64,000 nt of DNA, taken from the NCBI GenBank assembly GCA_029210125.1, contig JARGPR010000007.1, forward strand, positions 105,008 through 169,007, given 5' to 3'. The translations under genes and the position numbers were made by a program. Every line of letters begins with the position of its first letter. Within the stretch, counting starts at the first letter, position 1. Below, one piece after another: positions 9,887-21,447 of the stretch. Origin of the DNA: Pseudomonadales bacterium (GTDB lineage Bacteria; Pseudomonadota; Gammaproteobacteria; Pseudomonadales; JAHRWD01). The notes beneath the pieces are model-generated. The model was not told the DNA's origin and did not search any database. It was given only the letters and a program-made list of their open reading frames with translations.

Positions 9887-12223
9887 CTACGATTTACCTA
9901 CATAGCGCTCTGGTTTTACCAGATACCTTGCAAGCGCAGGGAGCAGCCATAAGGCCCCTACCATGTTCCATACAAACATAAAGGTAAGTAATATGCCCAT
10001 GTCAGCCTGGAATTTAATTGGCGAGAAAACCCAGGTTCCAACACCAATAGCCAACGTCATACCAGTAAAGGCAACGGCCTTACCGGTAGTTCTGAGCGTA
10101 TGCAAGTATGCGTCCTCAAGTGCTTTACCCTCTTTCAAGTAAGACTCAAGGCGAGAAAATATGTAAATGCCGTAGTCAACACCAATACCAACACCCAAAG
10201 CAATTACGGGCAGAGTAGCTACCTTAATACCGATACCTATCTGAGCCATAATGGCCTGACAAAGCACAGAGGTAAGCGCCAATGGCGTCACAATACAAAT
10301 CACTGCGCGCCAGGAGCGGAAGGTTACGAATACAAGGAAACTAACAACACCGTAGACAAAGTACAGCATTCGATTTTGAGATTCAGAGATCTCCTGGTTA
10401 GTCGCGGCATCAATACCAGCATTTCCGCCACCCAAGATGAATTGTGCTTTTTCTGAATCATTTTCAGCAGCAAATTTTTCGACTAAACCGGTAACTCGTT
10501 GCAGAGTGTCGGCTTTATGGTCCCATAAAGAGACTCTAAGGTAACCTGTGCTGCATTCCCGGTTCATGCCAACGATACCGATCTGCCCCGTCAGCAAATC
10601 CTGCTCCCGGGTCATCACGCGCCACTTAGCATTTGACTCGTTAGTATCAAAACTAAAGTTTTTGGCTCGTTCAACCATTGAATAGACGGACTGAACACCT
10701 GGATCATTTTCTAGGATCCAGCTCAAACGCTCCAAACGAACCAGTGATTTATAATCGGTACATTGATCCGGTTCAGTTTTAAAAAACACGATAAGAGTAT
10801 CGGAGCTTGTAGAATAATTGCCGTTAATAAAAGCAACATCTTTGTTGTAGACCGAATCAGGGCGAAGCATCGGTTGACCAGGGTCTAAATCACCGATCTT
10901 GAGGTCTTGTTGAAAGTATATCGCGCTGCCGAAAAGGGTTGCACCAATCAATAAACTGATGGGTGCAATTTTCGGGTTTGCGCATTTTGAAATTAGATTC
11001 CACATTGGGGTATCTGCATTAATTTTGCTTTGTGCGTGAGAAATGCAGGATTTGGTAACGCCAAAGTAAGACATCAAAATTGGCAGCAACACCAGGTTGG
11101 TGAGGATAATTACAGCCACCCCAATACTTGCCGTCATCGCCAATTCTCTGATGACATCAATAGGAATGATGTAAAGCGTCATGAACCCGATCGCATCACT
11201 TACCAGAGCTAACATACCCGGAATGTAAAGATGCCTAAAGGTGATTCGAGCAGCTTCCAAACGTGCTTCACCGTGGGCCGCTTCGTGGGCAATACCATTG
11301 ATGATCTGAACGCCATGACTTACGCCAATCGCAAATACAAGAAAGGGTACCAACACCGAGTATGGATCCAGACCAAAGCCCAAGCTAGTGATAAGGCCAA
11401 GCTGCCAAACTACAGCGATTACAGAGCATACTAATGGCACAATCGAGCTCTTGATGCAGCGCGAATAGAAATAAAGCAGAACAAGCGTAATCAACAACGC
11501 AGCAAGGAAAAATTTACCAATATCAAGAAAACCATCAAGAAGATCAGCTATCCACTTGGGGAATTCAACAATATGAATTTTGAGATTTTCAGTTTCATAT
11601 TTTTCACGAACCTGCGTTTCAATGCGATGGGCAAAGTCCTGGTAGTCAAAACGTTCCCCTTTAGAGGCATCTGGCTCTGTCAGGGGTACGGTAATGATTG
11701 AAGATTTGAAATTGTTGGCAACGTATCGGCCGATATGAGGTGATCGCAATACGTTGTTTCTTACTATCTCAATGGTTTCTAGAGAACCATCATAGCCAGG
11801 CCCGATAATGGGTCCGCCTTTTTCTCCATCTGGAGTATTTGCTTTCCAGCGGATCGCCGGAGCCCAAAGTGAACGTAAGTTTCCTCGATATACGCCCTCC
11901 ATAAAGAAGATTTCATCATGGATTTTTTTTAGTGTTGAAAGGTAATCTTTGTTAAAGATATCTCCATCTTTAACTTCAACGGCGATACGGAGGGTATTAC
12001 CGGTTTTAGCTCCTTTCGGAGCTAGCTCAAACGCATTCTGGATATAGGGGTGGCCAGTAGGAATTAGTTTTTCAAATTTAACATTGGGTGTAATTTGGCT
12101 AGCCTGGTAACCAAGAAAGGCGGTTGCCAGGGCAAACAGAATGATCAGCACTGGGCGAAAATTAAATACCAGGCGCTCAATCAAAGGAGCGCCATCGTTA
12201 ATGTTTGATTGAGCCTGCGTCAT
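9887..12223 (-). CDS. MMPL/RND-superfamily inner-membrane transporter (~780 aa)
   Basis: Two repeated TM/periplasmic halves; FAIGVSHGVQIIN and GVGIGVDYGIYIFSR motifs; paired with a YCF48-like gene. Confidence 0.9.
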   Translation of the reverse strand: MTQAQSNINDGAPLIERLVFNFRPVLIILFALATAFLGYQASQITPNVKFEKLIPTGHPYIQNAFELAPKGAKTGNTLRIAVEVKDGDIFNKDYLSTLKKIHDEIFFMEGVYRGNLRSLWAPAIRWKANTPDGEKGGPIIGPGYDGSLETIEIVRNNVLRSPHIGRYVANNFKSSIITVPLTEPDASKGERFDYQDFAHRIETQVREKYETENLKIHIVEFPKWIADLLDGFLDIGKFFLAALLITLVLLYFYSRCIKSSIVPLVCSVIAVVWQLGLITSLGFGLDPYSVLVPFLVFAIGVSHGVQIINGIAHEAAHGEARLEAARITFRHLYIPGMLALVSDAIGFMTLYIIPIDVIRELAMTASIGVAVIILTNLVLLPILMSYFGVTKSCISHAQSKINADTPMWNLISKCANPKIAPISLLIGATLFGSAIYFQQDLKIGDLDPGQPMLRPDSVYNKDVAFINGNYSTSSDTLIVFFKTEPDQCTDYKSLVRLERLSWILENDPGVQSVYSMVERAKNFSFDTNESNAKWRVMTREQDLLTGQIGIVGMNRECSTGYLRVSLWDHKADTLQRVTGLVEKFAAENDSEKAQFILGGGNAGIDAATNQEISESQNRMLYFVYGVVSFLVFVTFRSWRAVICIVTPLALTSVLCQAIMAQIGIGIKVATLPVIALGVGIGVDYGIYIFSRLESYLKEGKALEDAYLHTLRTTGKAVAFTGMTLAIGVGTWVFSPIKFQADMGILLTFMFVWNMVGALWLLPALARYLVKPERYVGKS

Positions 12224-12292
12224 ATCTTGTCCCCAGTAAATCAGATTATTTTCTTATTTTATAAAATTAGTTAGGCAAATGGACTGCCGGCG

Positions 12293-13504
12293 CTATTTAT
12301 CTTTTGAGAGGTTTTTTCCATCGGGAGATACTCGATTAATACCACGAGCGCCCGTAGTCACGAAATTACCATCGGCTGTCTCAACAACAGAGGTCATGTT
12401 GACCCGATCTTTGCGCAAAAACACATTCAACTTTTCACTGCTGGCCGTTCCAGTAGTGAACTGGCCGTTATTGCCAACAATTACGATATCGCCACCCTGA
12501 GTTGCCACACCAGAAAAGCTTAAAAACTCTGTTTCAAGGTTAAGTGGCTGCCGTTCCCAGCTGGCACCCCTGTTGCTGGACCGCACCACCAACCCTGACA
12601 TACCCACCGCGTACACATAATCCGAAGCAGGGTCATAAAACAATCCATACAGGCTTCGGTCAAAATCAGTAGTTATGTTCTCCCATGTTTTCCCAAAATC
12701 GGCAGAACGATAAATCTTAACTTTTGCACCGTCGTAATTACTTTTTTCCGAGGCCACAAATAAGGAGCCGTCTTTCAAACCAAGAATGGCGTTATTATGA
12801 TCCTCAAAGTTATCCAGGCGGTCTCTCCAGGATTCCCATGTTTTACCACCATCGGAGGTATGGTAGAACTGTGCATAGGCTCCTACAGCAAACCCTTCGT
12901 TTTCGTCCTTAAACCAAACGTCTAGCAACGGTGATGTTTGGTATTTTTTAACTACGGCAGCGAGATCATCCGCCTCATAAAACGCATCTTCAATGGCAGC
13001 CAATTCATCAGGATCATCAGTATCAGGGTTATCAATAGCATATTCCGCCGCCACCCTCTTCTCTTCAGCATCTTTGATAACAGCATGAATGGGGCTATTA
13101 GCGGCGTAACCATCATGCAGCTTAGTCCAGTTTTCACCGCCATCCACGGTACCTAAAATTAACGCGTCCTGACCAACTACCCAGCCTTTTTTATCATTAA
13201 CGAAGTAAACCGCATTGAGTTGGGATTGGACGGGAACTTCAGCCTGGGTCCAGCTTTTACCATTATCATCAGAAAAAACCACATGCCCATATTGCCCTAC
13301 CGCGACTAATCGGTCTCCGGCCTTAGCAATATCCAACAACATGGATTTTGACGCTTTAGGCATTTTGACGGAGGGAGCGTCGAGAACATCTACAAACTCG
13401 CCGGCTGAATGAGCAGTTACGGAAAATACCATTGCAAGGCAACCTATGACTGCCCCCAACAACCTGGAAGATATAAGGTTTCGGACGTTTAAGTCATTGT
13501 GCAT
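12293..13504 (-). CDS. YCF48/BNR-repeat beta-propeller periplasmic protein
   Basis: Signal peptide and repeated S/T-x-D-G-G-x-T-W (Asp-box) motifs: SDDNGKSWT, TVDGGENWT, TSDGGKTWE, SADFGKTWE. Confidence 0.88.
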   Translation of the reverse strand: MHNDLNVRNLISSRLLGAVIGCLAMVFSVTAHSAGEFVDVLDAPSVKMPKASKSMLLDIAKAGDRLVAVGQYGHVVFSDDNGKSWTQAEVPVQSQLNAVYFVNDKKGWVVGQDALILGTVDGGENWTKLHDGYAANSPIHAVIKDAEEKRVAAEYAIDNPDTDDPDELAAIEDAFYEADDLAAVVKKYQTSPLLDVWFKDENEGFAVGAYAQFYHTSDGGKTWESWRDRLDNFEDHNNAILGLKDGSLFVASEKSNYDGAKVKIYRSADFGKTWENITTDFDRSLYGLFYDPASDYVYAVGMSGLVVRSSNRGASWERQPLNLETEFLSFSGVATQGGDIVIVGNNGQFTTGTASSEKLNVFLRKDRVNMTSVVETADGNFVTTGARGINRVSPDGKNLSKDK

Positions 13505-13737
13505 TGAGAATCCCCTGCGTAATTCTTATTCTTAAAAAGTTCGATGGTGATCGAAGCAACCAAAACCAGCGGTAAAGGCTTCCAATCTAGTGGATAGGTC
13601 GCATCTTTATTCTTGATTTATGCTTCCCGGCTCATAAATACACATAATAGAGCCAGGCCATATCCAGTCGTGAATGGTACTCGGAACAATCCCTTGTTTC
13701 AATGGATTGTTTGATCAATACACAATCAACGAGGGTT

Positions 13738-15132
13738 TCAATTTTGTTTTCCGTACCAGGATAATTTGCTTGCCAAATTGACGACTCCACCAACGATAAT
13801 TAATGTAGGTGGCTGCACCATTTCGTTGGCAACAAGTTCAACTATGGTTGCTAATGTACCGACAATCACTTTTTGCTGTTGCGTCGTACCCTTTTGAATT
13901 AATGCCACCGCCGTCGCAGGATCACGACCATGCTCAATCAATTTTTGGCAGATTGAGGGTAACCCAACAAACCCCATGTAAAAGACGACGGTATGGTTGT
14001 CGTGTACAAGCTCACTCCAGTTCAGATCAACACTGTTATTCTTGAGATGACCCGCAACAAACTGTACCGATTGTGCGTAATCTCTATGCGTCAACGGTAT
14101 ACCAGCATAGGCGGCACAACCATTCGCTGCTGAAATACCAGGGACAACTTGAAACGGTACGGATGCAGCAGCGAGACCTTCTAATTCTTCGCCTCCACGC
14201 CCAAAGATAAACGGATCGCCCCCTTTTAGGCGCAGTACTTTTTTACCCTGCCTAGCCAATTCCACGAGCATATTGTTGATATCGCCCTGGGGCACCGTAT
14301 GCTTATTTCGTGCTTTTCCGACGTTAATCTGTTCAGCATCTTTACGCACCAGCGCTAAAATTTCCGCCGATACCAACCGATCATAAAGCACTACGTCGGC
14401 CTGTTGCATTAGGCGTAATGCTTTAAAGGTCAACAGATCAGGATCACCAGGGCCAGCCCCAACCAGATAGACTTCCCCACCCTGTTCTGATGCATCACCT
14501 TTATCAACCCATTCCTGAAGCATTTTTTCAGCTTCAAGCACTCGCCCAGTCAAGGCCAGTTTTGCCACGGCACCAGTGGTCACTTTTTCCCAAAAAGTGC
14601 GGCGCTGATCAAGAGTTCTAAACCGTTTTTTTACGGGCTCCCTGAATCGACCCAATAACTCCGCCAGTTTTCCGTAGCCAGAAGGGATCAAGGTTTCGAG
14701 TCGTGCCCGAAGTTGCCTCGCTAATACCGGCGAGGCTCCGCTACTGGATATCGCCACCACTAGTGGCGCGCGATCTAAAATAGATGGGAATATAAAACTA
14801 CAGAGTTCAGGTTGATCTGCAACATTCACCGGAATGTTTTGTGCCTGCGCCTGCGTTGACACCAGTTTATTCAGTTCGGCATCATCAGTAGCCACCACGA
14901 CCAGATTCACATTGGACAGATCTGACGCCAGATATTCTCTGTGATTGAGTTGACCCATAGAGCCCGCACCTGACACAAGATCAATCAATTCCTGCTTGAT
15001 ATGTGGTGCCACCACGGTTACGTTCGCACCGGTTTTCACCAGCAGGCGAGCTTTGCGAAGCGCTACTTCACCACCACCCACTACCAGGCAGGTTGACTGC
15101 TTTACATCGAGAAAGATGGGTAAAAACTGCAT
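13738..15132 (-). CDS. cysG: Siroheme synthase
   Basis: MQFLPIFLD start (15132), VVGGGEVALRK Rossmann motif, VYLVGAGPGDPDLLT and LRLKGGDPFIFGRGGEE motifs. Confidence 0.97.
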   Translation of the reverse strand: MQFLPIFLDVKQSTCLVVGGGEVALRKARLLVKTGANVTVVAPHIKQELIDLVSGAGSMGQLNHREYLASDLSNVNLVVVATDDAELNKLVSTQAQAQNIPVNVADQPELCSFIFPSILDRAPLVVAISSSGASPVLARQLRARLETLIPSGYGKLAELLGRFREPVKKRFRTLDQRRTFWEKVTTGAVAKLALTGRVLEAEKMLQEWVDKGDASEQGGEVYLVGAGPGDPDLLTFKALRLMQQADVVLYDRLVSAEILALVRKDAEQINVGKARNKHTVPQGDINNMLVELARQGKKVLRLKGGDPFIFGRGGEELEGLAAASVPFQVVPGISAANGCAAYAGIPLTHRDYAQSVQFVAGHLKNNSVDLNWSELVHDNHTVVFYMGFVGLPSICQKLIEHGRDPATAVALIQKGTTQQQKVIVGTLATIVELVANEMVQPPTLIIVGGVVNLASKLSWYGKQN

Positions 15133-15145
15133 TGAATTACCGCGA

Positions 15146-16438
<1,293 letters not shown>

Positions 16439-16488
16439 CTACAAATTGATGTGAATTCAGCCAGAACTGGTGTTCGCTAACCAAATAC

Positions 16489-16866
16489 CTAAAACAAATT
16501 TTTTCCAAGCTGCATACCAAGCCAGACGTTGGCGACACCGACAATCACGCTGACAAACAAATAGAGAGCTGCACCCACTAGCGCTCCACTTTTCAACATA
16601 TCCAGAAGTTCCAGTGAAAAGGTTGAAAAGGTTGTGAAAGCACCCAAAAAACCAACCATCACCAAGCCTCTGATCTCAGCGGACATTTTAAATTTTTCGA
16701 CAATCAGGATATACGTTAAACCAATCAGAAAAGAGCCGACCAAATTGACCATTAACGTGCCATAGGGAAATCGAGTACCCAGCTGCGTGGCAACCATATT
16801 GGCGGTGAGGAATCGAGCCACAGAACCCATTGCCCCACCAAGGGCGATTGCAATGAGTTGAAGCAA
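16489..16866 (-). CDS. crcB: Fluoride efflux channel CrcB/Fluc
   Basis: GGAMGSVARF, PYGTLMVNLVGSF and GFLGAFTTFSTF motifs. Confidence 0.96.
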   Translation of the reverse strand: MLQLIAIALGGAMGSVARFLTANMVATQLGTRFPYGTLMVNLVGSFLIGLTYILIVEKFKMSAEIRGLVMVGFLGAFTTFSTFSLELLDMLKSGALVGAALYLFVSVIVGVANVWLGMQLGKNLF

Positions 16867-16937
16867 TTGAATATCCTCTGAATTATGTTTATGGATCGCT
16901 ACTAGCTAGATAGCTCAAAAACGGATCAGCTACTCGC

Positions 16938-18284
16938 TTAATTACTCTTCGAACCGTCATATCGCTGAAACGCGCTATTATCATCAAGGGATTGAAAATA
17001 ATCCAATCTTTGTTTGATCTGCTTTTCAAGGCCTCGGTCAACCGGCTGATAATAGTGATTGTCGCTGATTTGCTCGGGTAAATAATTTTCCCCTGCAATG
17101 TAACCCTCGGGATGATCGTGGGCGTATCGATAATCCTGACCGTAACCCTCATCCTTCATCAATCCGGTGGGCGCGTTACGAAGATGCATAGGCACATCGT
17201 AATTGGGCAGTTTGCGGATATCCGCCCGCACCGCGTTAAAGGCCTGGTAAACCGCTGCACTTTTTGCCGCGCAGGCCATATAAACCACGGCCTGGGCCAG
17301 ACTCAATTCCCCTTCAGGTGACCCCAGTCGTTGAATCACATCCCAGCAATCAAGGCTGATTCTTAACGCTCGCGGATCGGCATTGCCTATATCTTCACTA
17401 GCCATACGTACCACACGGCGCGCGATATAAAGCGGATCACAGCCGCCTTCCAACATACGAGCTAACCAATACAGCGCCGCATCGGGCGATGAACCACGTA
17501 CAGCTTTATGCAGAGCTGATATCTGTTCATAAAACTGGTCCCCTTTTTTATCAAAGCGTGCAACCTGACCCTGCAAAACCTCATTGAGTATTTGCCGGTT
17601 GAGCACTCTGCCATTTGCAGTATCGGGAGCGATATCAACCGCAATCTCCAGCAGTGTCAGTGCCCGTCGCGCGTCGCCATCTCCAGCGTTTGCAATCAAC
17701 TCAATCAGCTCATCATCGATGATGAGCTTGAGATTCCCCAGACCAAGTTCCTTATCGGTTAACGCCCTTTTGATGAGATCAACCAATTCCTTGCTTTGCA
17801 GCGCTTTTAGGCGATATACACGAGTCCGGGACAGCAGCGCGTTATTGACTTCAAACGAGGGATTTTCAGTAGTAGCTCCAATAAAAACAATGGTGCCATC
17901 TTCTACATAGGGTAAAAAAGCGTCCTGCTGGGCTTTATTAAAACGATGCACTTCGTCAACAAAAAGCAAAGTGCGCGGGCCGCCTGCCTGTTGTTCAAGT
18001 TGGGCTTTTTCTACACAGGCTCGAATATCCTTAACACCTGACATGACCGCAGAAAGTGTGGCGAAGTTGGCCTCGCAAGATTGGGCAATTAAACGTGCCA
18101 GGGTGGTTTTCCCAGTACCCGGTGGCCCCCAAAAAATCATCGAATGTAAAGCACCGGATACAATCGCTTCCCGTAGCGGCTTACCTTCAGCGAGCAGATG
18201 TAATTGGCCGGCAAATTGCTCGATAGTATGCGGACGCATACGGTCCGCCAAAGGTGCGTATGCGAGGTTATTGCTGGATGACAT
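16938..18284 (-). CDS. rarA: Replication-associated recombination protein A (MgsA/RarA AAA+ ATPase)
   Basis: APLADRMRP near likely start 18284, WGPPGTGKTT, FVDEVHRFNKAQQD, SALHKAVRGS. Confidence 0.96.
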   Translation of the reverse strand: MSSSNNLAYAPLADRMRPHTIEQFAGQLHLLAEGKPLREAIVSGALHSMIFWGPPGTGKTTLARLIAQSCEANFATLSAVMSGVKDIRACVEKAQLEQQAGGPRTLLFVDEVHRFNKAQQDAFLPYVEDGTIVFIGATTENPSFEVNNALLSRTRVYRLKALQSKELVDLIKRALTDKELGLGNLKLIIDDELIELIANAGDGDARRALTLLEIAVDIAPDTANGRVLNRQILNEVLQGQVARFDKKGDQFYEQISALHKAVRGSSPDAALYWLARMLEGGCDPLYIARRVVRMASEDIGNADPRALRISLDCWDVIQRLGSPEGELSLAQAVVYMACAAKSAAVYQAFNAVRADIRKLPNYDVPMHLRNAPTGLMKDEGYGQDYRYAHDHPEGYIAGENYLPEQISDNHYYQPVDRGLEKQIKQRLDYFQSLDDNSAFQRYDGSKSN

Positions 18285-18945
18285 CGACGCCTTCTGGTAC
18301 CACAAACTGGAATTGGCCCGCATCGATAGGCTGATTAACTGCGATATCGGAGAAACGGAACTCAGTGAGTTGACCCAGGCTATCTCGAATCTGCATCGCG
18401 ACCAGCTGCCGATCCTTAAAGGCAAGTTCTAACACTGAGAAAAGATTATCCGGATTGCGAGGGGTCAATACGTATCGAGTAATACCTTCGATTTCCGGTG
18501 CTACACTGCCCTTCTCGACCAAAAACGAACTTTCCAGTTGTTCGACTTCACCACTCAAAAGCAATCCGGGCATTGACGCCAACTGGTGGTCGAACTTGCG
18601 AATGGTCACCTGCTCTAGATCCGGGTCGTAAAACCATAATTTATCGCCGTCGGAAACCACGATTTGAGGATACGGTTCGGTAGCCTGCCAACGGAATCGA
18701 CCGGGACGCTCCACCCATATTCGGCCGTGGCTTTCCTGAATATTTCTACCCTGATGATTGTATACAGCCTGCTCGAAATAAGCGCTGAAAGTGTGGTTAG
18801 CCCCAAGAAGCTGACTAAGCTCACTGGTAACAGTGGCTGCAGATACAATCGGTACTTGGATCAGTAAACATAGCCCAAGCAATATTCGTGATAGTAGGCA
18901 AGGTATTAGACGAGGCAGTTTCAAGCATGAAGTTGTCAAAAACAT
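18268..18945 (-). CDS. lolA: Outer-membrane lipoprotein chaperone LolA
   Basis: Signal peptide, RPGRFRWQ, DGDKLWFYDPDLEQVT, DSLGQLT, FQFVVPEGVDVI; ftsK-lolA-rarA synteny. Start at 18945 is inferred. Confidence 0.93.
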   Translation of the reverse strand: MFLTTSCLKLPRLIPCLLSRILLGLCLLIQVPIVSAATVTSELSQLLGANHTFSAYFEQAVYNHQGRNIQESHGRIWVERPGRFRWQATEPYPQIVVSDGDKLWFYDPDLEQVTIRKFDHQLASMPGLLLSGEVEQLESSFLVEKGSVAPEIEGITRYVLTPRNPDNLFSVLELAFKDRQLVAMQIRDSLGQLTEFRFSDIAVNQPIDAGQFQFVVPEGVDVIQQ

Positions 18946-18997
18946 AGATCCAAATATTCCAAAGTACTTCTCATACAGGCATTGCAGGAAATAGTAG

Positions 18998-21370
18998 CTA
19001 TTCCGGAGGTGGTGGTGCCAATACTTGTCTTGTTTGACCATTTTCACCGCTACTGACGACCCCCGCTGCTTCCATCGCTTCAACCAGGTTGGCAGCCCGA
19101 TTGTAACCTACCCCAAGACTACGCTGAACATACGAGATAGAGGCACGGCGTGATCGCGTGACAACCGCAACCGCTTCATCATAGAGCGCGTCGGATTCAG
19201 CACCTGAGCTTTCGGCGCTTTCAAAACCCATCGACGCGGCATCATCGAATCCATCGGTAATTTCATCAATATATTCAGGTTCGCCCTGCTGACGCCAGCT
19301 TTCAACCACTCGATGCACTTCATCATCCTCAACCAGTGCGCCATGCACCCGAATGGGAATACCCACTCCGGGAGGTAGATAAAGCATATCACCGTGACCA
19401 AGCAACTGTTCTGCGCCACCCTGCCCTAAAATGGTTCTGGAATCGACTTTTGACGAAACCTGGTAACCAATTCGACTCGGCACGTTGGCCTTGATGACTC
19501 CGGTAATCACATCTACCGAGGGCCGTTGGGTCGCAATAATAAGGTGAATACCAGCAGCTCGTGCTTTTTGAGCGATTCGCATAATCAGCGTTTCAACGCC
19601 TTTCTTCCCGACAATCAACATCATGTCGGCGAACTCATCGATAATCAGTACAATTTTGGGTAATGGCTTTAATACCGCTGGCTCTATCACCTGATCATCA
19701 CTCGTGGGCACAACCGGTTCGGCAAAGGGATCTGGAATGGGTTCATCTTTTTCCGCAGCCTGGGTTACCTTTCGGTTAAAGCCAGCCAAATCCCGCACAC
19801 CAAGTGTCATCATCAACTTGTAACGTCGCTCCATCTCCGCAACAGCCCAACGCAAACCGTTGGCAGCTTTTTCCATATCCGTAATAACTGGCGCTAAAAG
19901 ATGCGGGATCCCTTCATAGACTGAAAGCTCGAGCATCTTCGGATCTACCATAATCATACGCACTTCTTCCGGGGTGGATTTAAACAGCATGCTTAAAATC
20001 ATGCCATTCAGCCCGACTGACTTACCGGAACCTGTGGTACCCGCCACAAGCAGGTGGGGCATCTTGGCAAGATCTGCGATCACCGGACTACCGGCAATAT
20101 CATGCCCAAGAGCCAAACTTACCGGTGATTTAGATTGATCAAATTCGGGCGAAGCCAGCACTTCGCCAAGGTGAACTACCTTGCGGTTTTCGTTGGGTAC
20201 CTCAATGCCAACAAAGGATTTTCCAGGTATCACCTCCACCACTCGAACACTGGTCACCGCAAGTGAACGCGCGAGGTCCTTGGCTAGTCCACTTATCTTA
20301 CTCACCTTGATACCTGCGGCCGGGTGAATTTCGAATCGCGTAACTACAGGCCCAGGCTGCACTGATTCAACCACCGCTTCGACACCAAAATCAGCAAGTT
20401 TCAGCGTCAGCATTTGAGACATTTTTTCTAAACTAGCGGTGGAAAAACCCTCCAGCTGGGTATCGTCTCGGCTGGATAACAGATCAATTTTTGGCAGATT
20501 GTCATTTTGTGCCGGACTAAAAAGCGTACCCTGGCGCTCTTTTTTTACACGAATACTGGGTTCTGCTTTAGGTGCTGCAACGGGTTCAATTCGTGGAGCA
20601 ACCTTAGGTTTTTTGATCTCCTTAATTTTTTGTTTCTCAAGGGCGACCTCCCTTGATTTTCGATTCTGATCCGCCTCTTTTCGGGCAGCAAATTCAACCT
20701 TCTTGCGCTGTAAATAGTCTCGGACCCAATCCAAGCCTTTCAGCGCAGCATTGCCAATACGATCCATCAGCTTGAACCATGAAAGCCCGGTTACCAGGGT
20801 CACACCCAATAACAACAGGGCGACGACAATGAGGGTAGTACCTACCACGTTAAAAGCCGGTAGCAGCAGGTCGGTATTGAGTTCACCAATAATGCCGCCG
20901 CTGCCCGCTGAAAAACCGCCCATAGAATGGGGGATATACAAGGAACAAAGAGAAGATGCAGCGATTAATAGCAGCAGTAAGCCACTAAAACGAACCACAG
21001 CTAGCTGCCACTCCTGACGCAGTTTCTTGCGTTCAGGGAACATGGCTACAACAAGGTAGGCTAACAGCAGGGGAGAAACGTAGGCAACCCAGCCAAGAAA
21101 GGAAAATAGTACGTCGGCGCTCCAGGCACCTGCCCTGCCCGCCAGATTTCGAACCGCGTCACCAGTGCCGGTATTCGTCCAACCCGGATCTGAGCTGGAA
21201 AAGGTAACCAATGACAACAGTACAAACAGGCAAACAGTACCCAGTGCAAGCAAAGCCGCTTCGACCAGGCGCTGGCTCATAAGACCATCGGGGTGCTGAG
21301 CAGATTCATCTTTCTTTTTATTTGCTGAATTGGCGGTTTTGTTAGCTTTGGCGCTACTGGTCTTACTCAA
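18998..21370 (-). CDS. ftsK: DNA translocase FtsK
   Basis: N-terminal TMs, MPHLLVAGTTGSGKS, QKARAAGIHLIIATQRPSVDVITG, gamma domain YNRAANLVEAME. Confidence 0.98.
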   Translation of the reverse strand: MSKTSSAKANKTANSANKKKDESAQHPDGLMSQRLVEAALLALGTVCLFVLLSLVTFSSSDPGWTNTGTGDAVRNLAGRAGAWSADVLFSFLGWVAYVSPLLLAYLVVAMFPERKKLRQEWQLAVVRFSGLLLLLIAASSLCSLYIPHSMGGFSAGSGGIIGELNTDLLLPAFNVVGTTLIVVALLLLGVTLVTGLSWFKLMDRIGNAALKGLDWVRDYLQRKKVEFAARKEADQNRKSREVALEKQKIKEIKKPKVAPRIEPVAAPKAEPSIRVKKERQGTLFSPAQNDNLPKIDLLSSRDDTQLEGFSTASLEKMSQMLTLKLADFGVEAVVESVQPGPVVTRFEIHPAAGIKVSKISGLAKDLARSLAVTSVRVVEVIPGKSFVGIEVPNENRKVVHLGEVLASPEFDQSKSPVSLALGHDIAGSPVIADLAKMPHLLVAGTTGSGKSVGLNGMILSMLFKSTPEEVRMIMVDPKMLELSVYEGIPHLLAPVITDMEKAANGLRWAVAEMERRYKLMMTLGVRDLAGFNRKVTQAAEKDEPIPDPFAEPVVPTSDDQVIEPAVLKPLPKIVLIIDEFADMMLIVGKKGVETLIMRIAQKARAAGIHLIIATQRPSVDVITGVIKANVPSRIGYQVSSKVDSRTILGQGGAEQLLGHGDMLYLPPGVGIPIRVHGALVEDDEVHRVVESWRQQGEPEYIDEITDGFDDAASMGFESAESSGAESDALYDEAVAVVTRSRRASISYVQRSLGVGYNRAANLVEAMEAAGVVSSGENGQTRQVLAPPPPE

Positions 21371-21447
21371 TGGACTCTCTGATAATAATTAAGCTGAACT
21401 TAAACCTGAGCAGTATATCTGCCGCACATTGAAATGCACACGGATGG

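Noticed and set aside
18284-19083. Long N-terminal extensions of the rarA, lolA and cysG ORFs in the track
   Set aside because: They overlap upstream genes; family-typical starts lie at 18284, 18945 and 15132.
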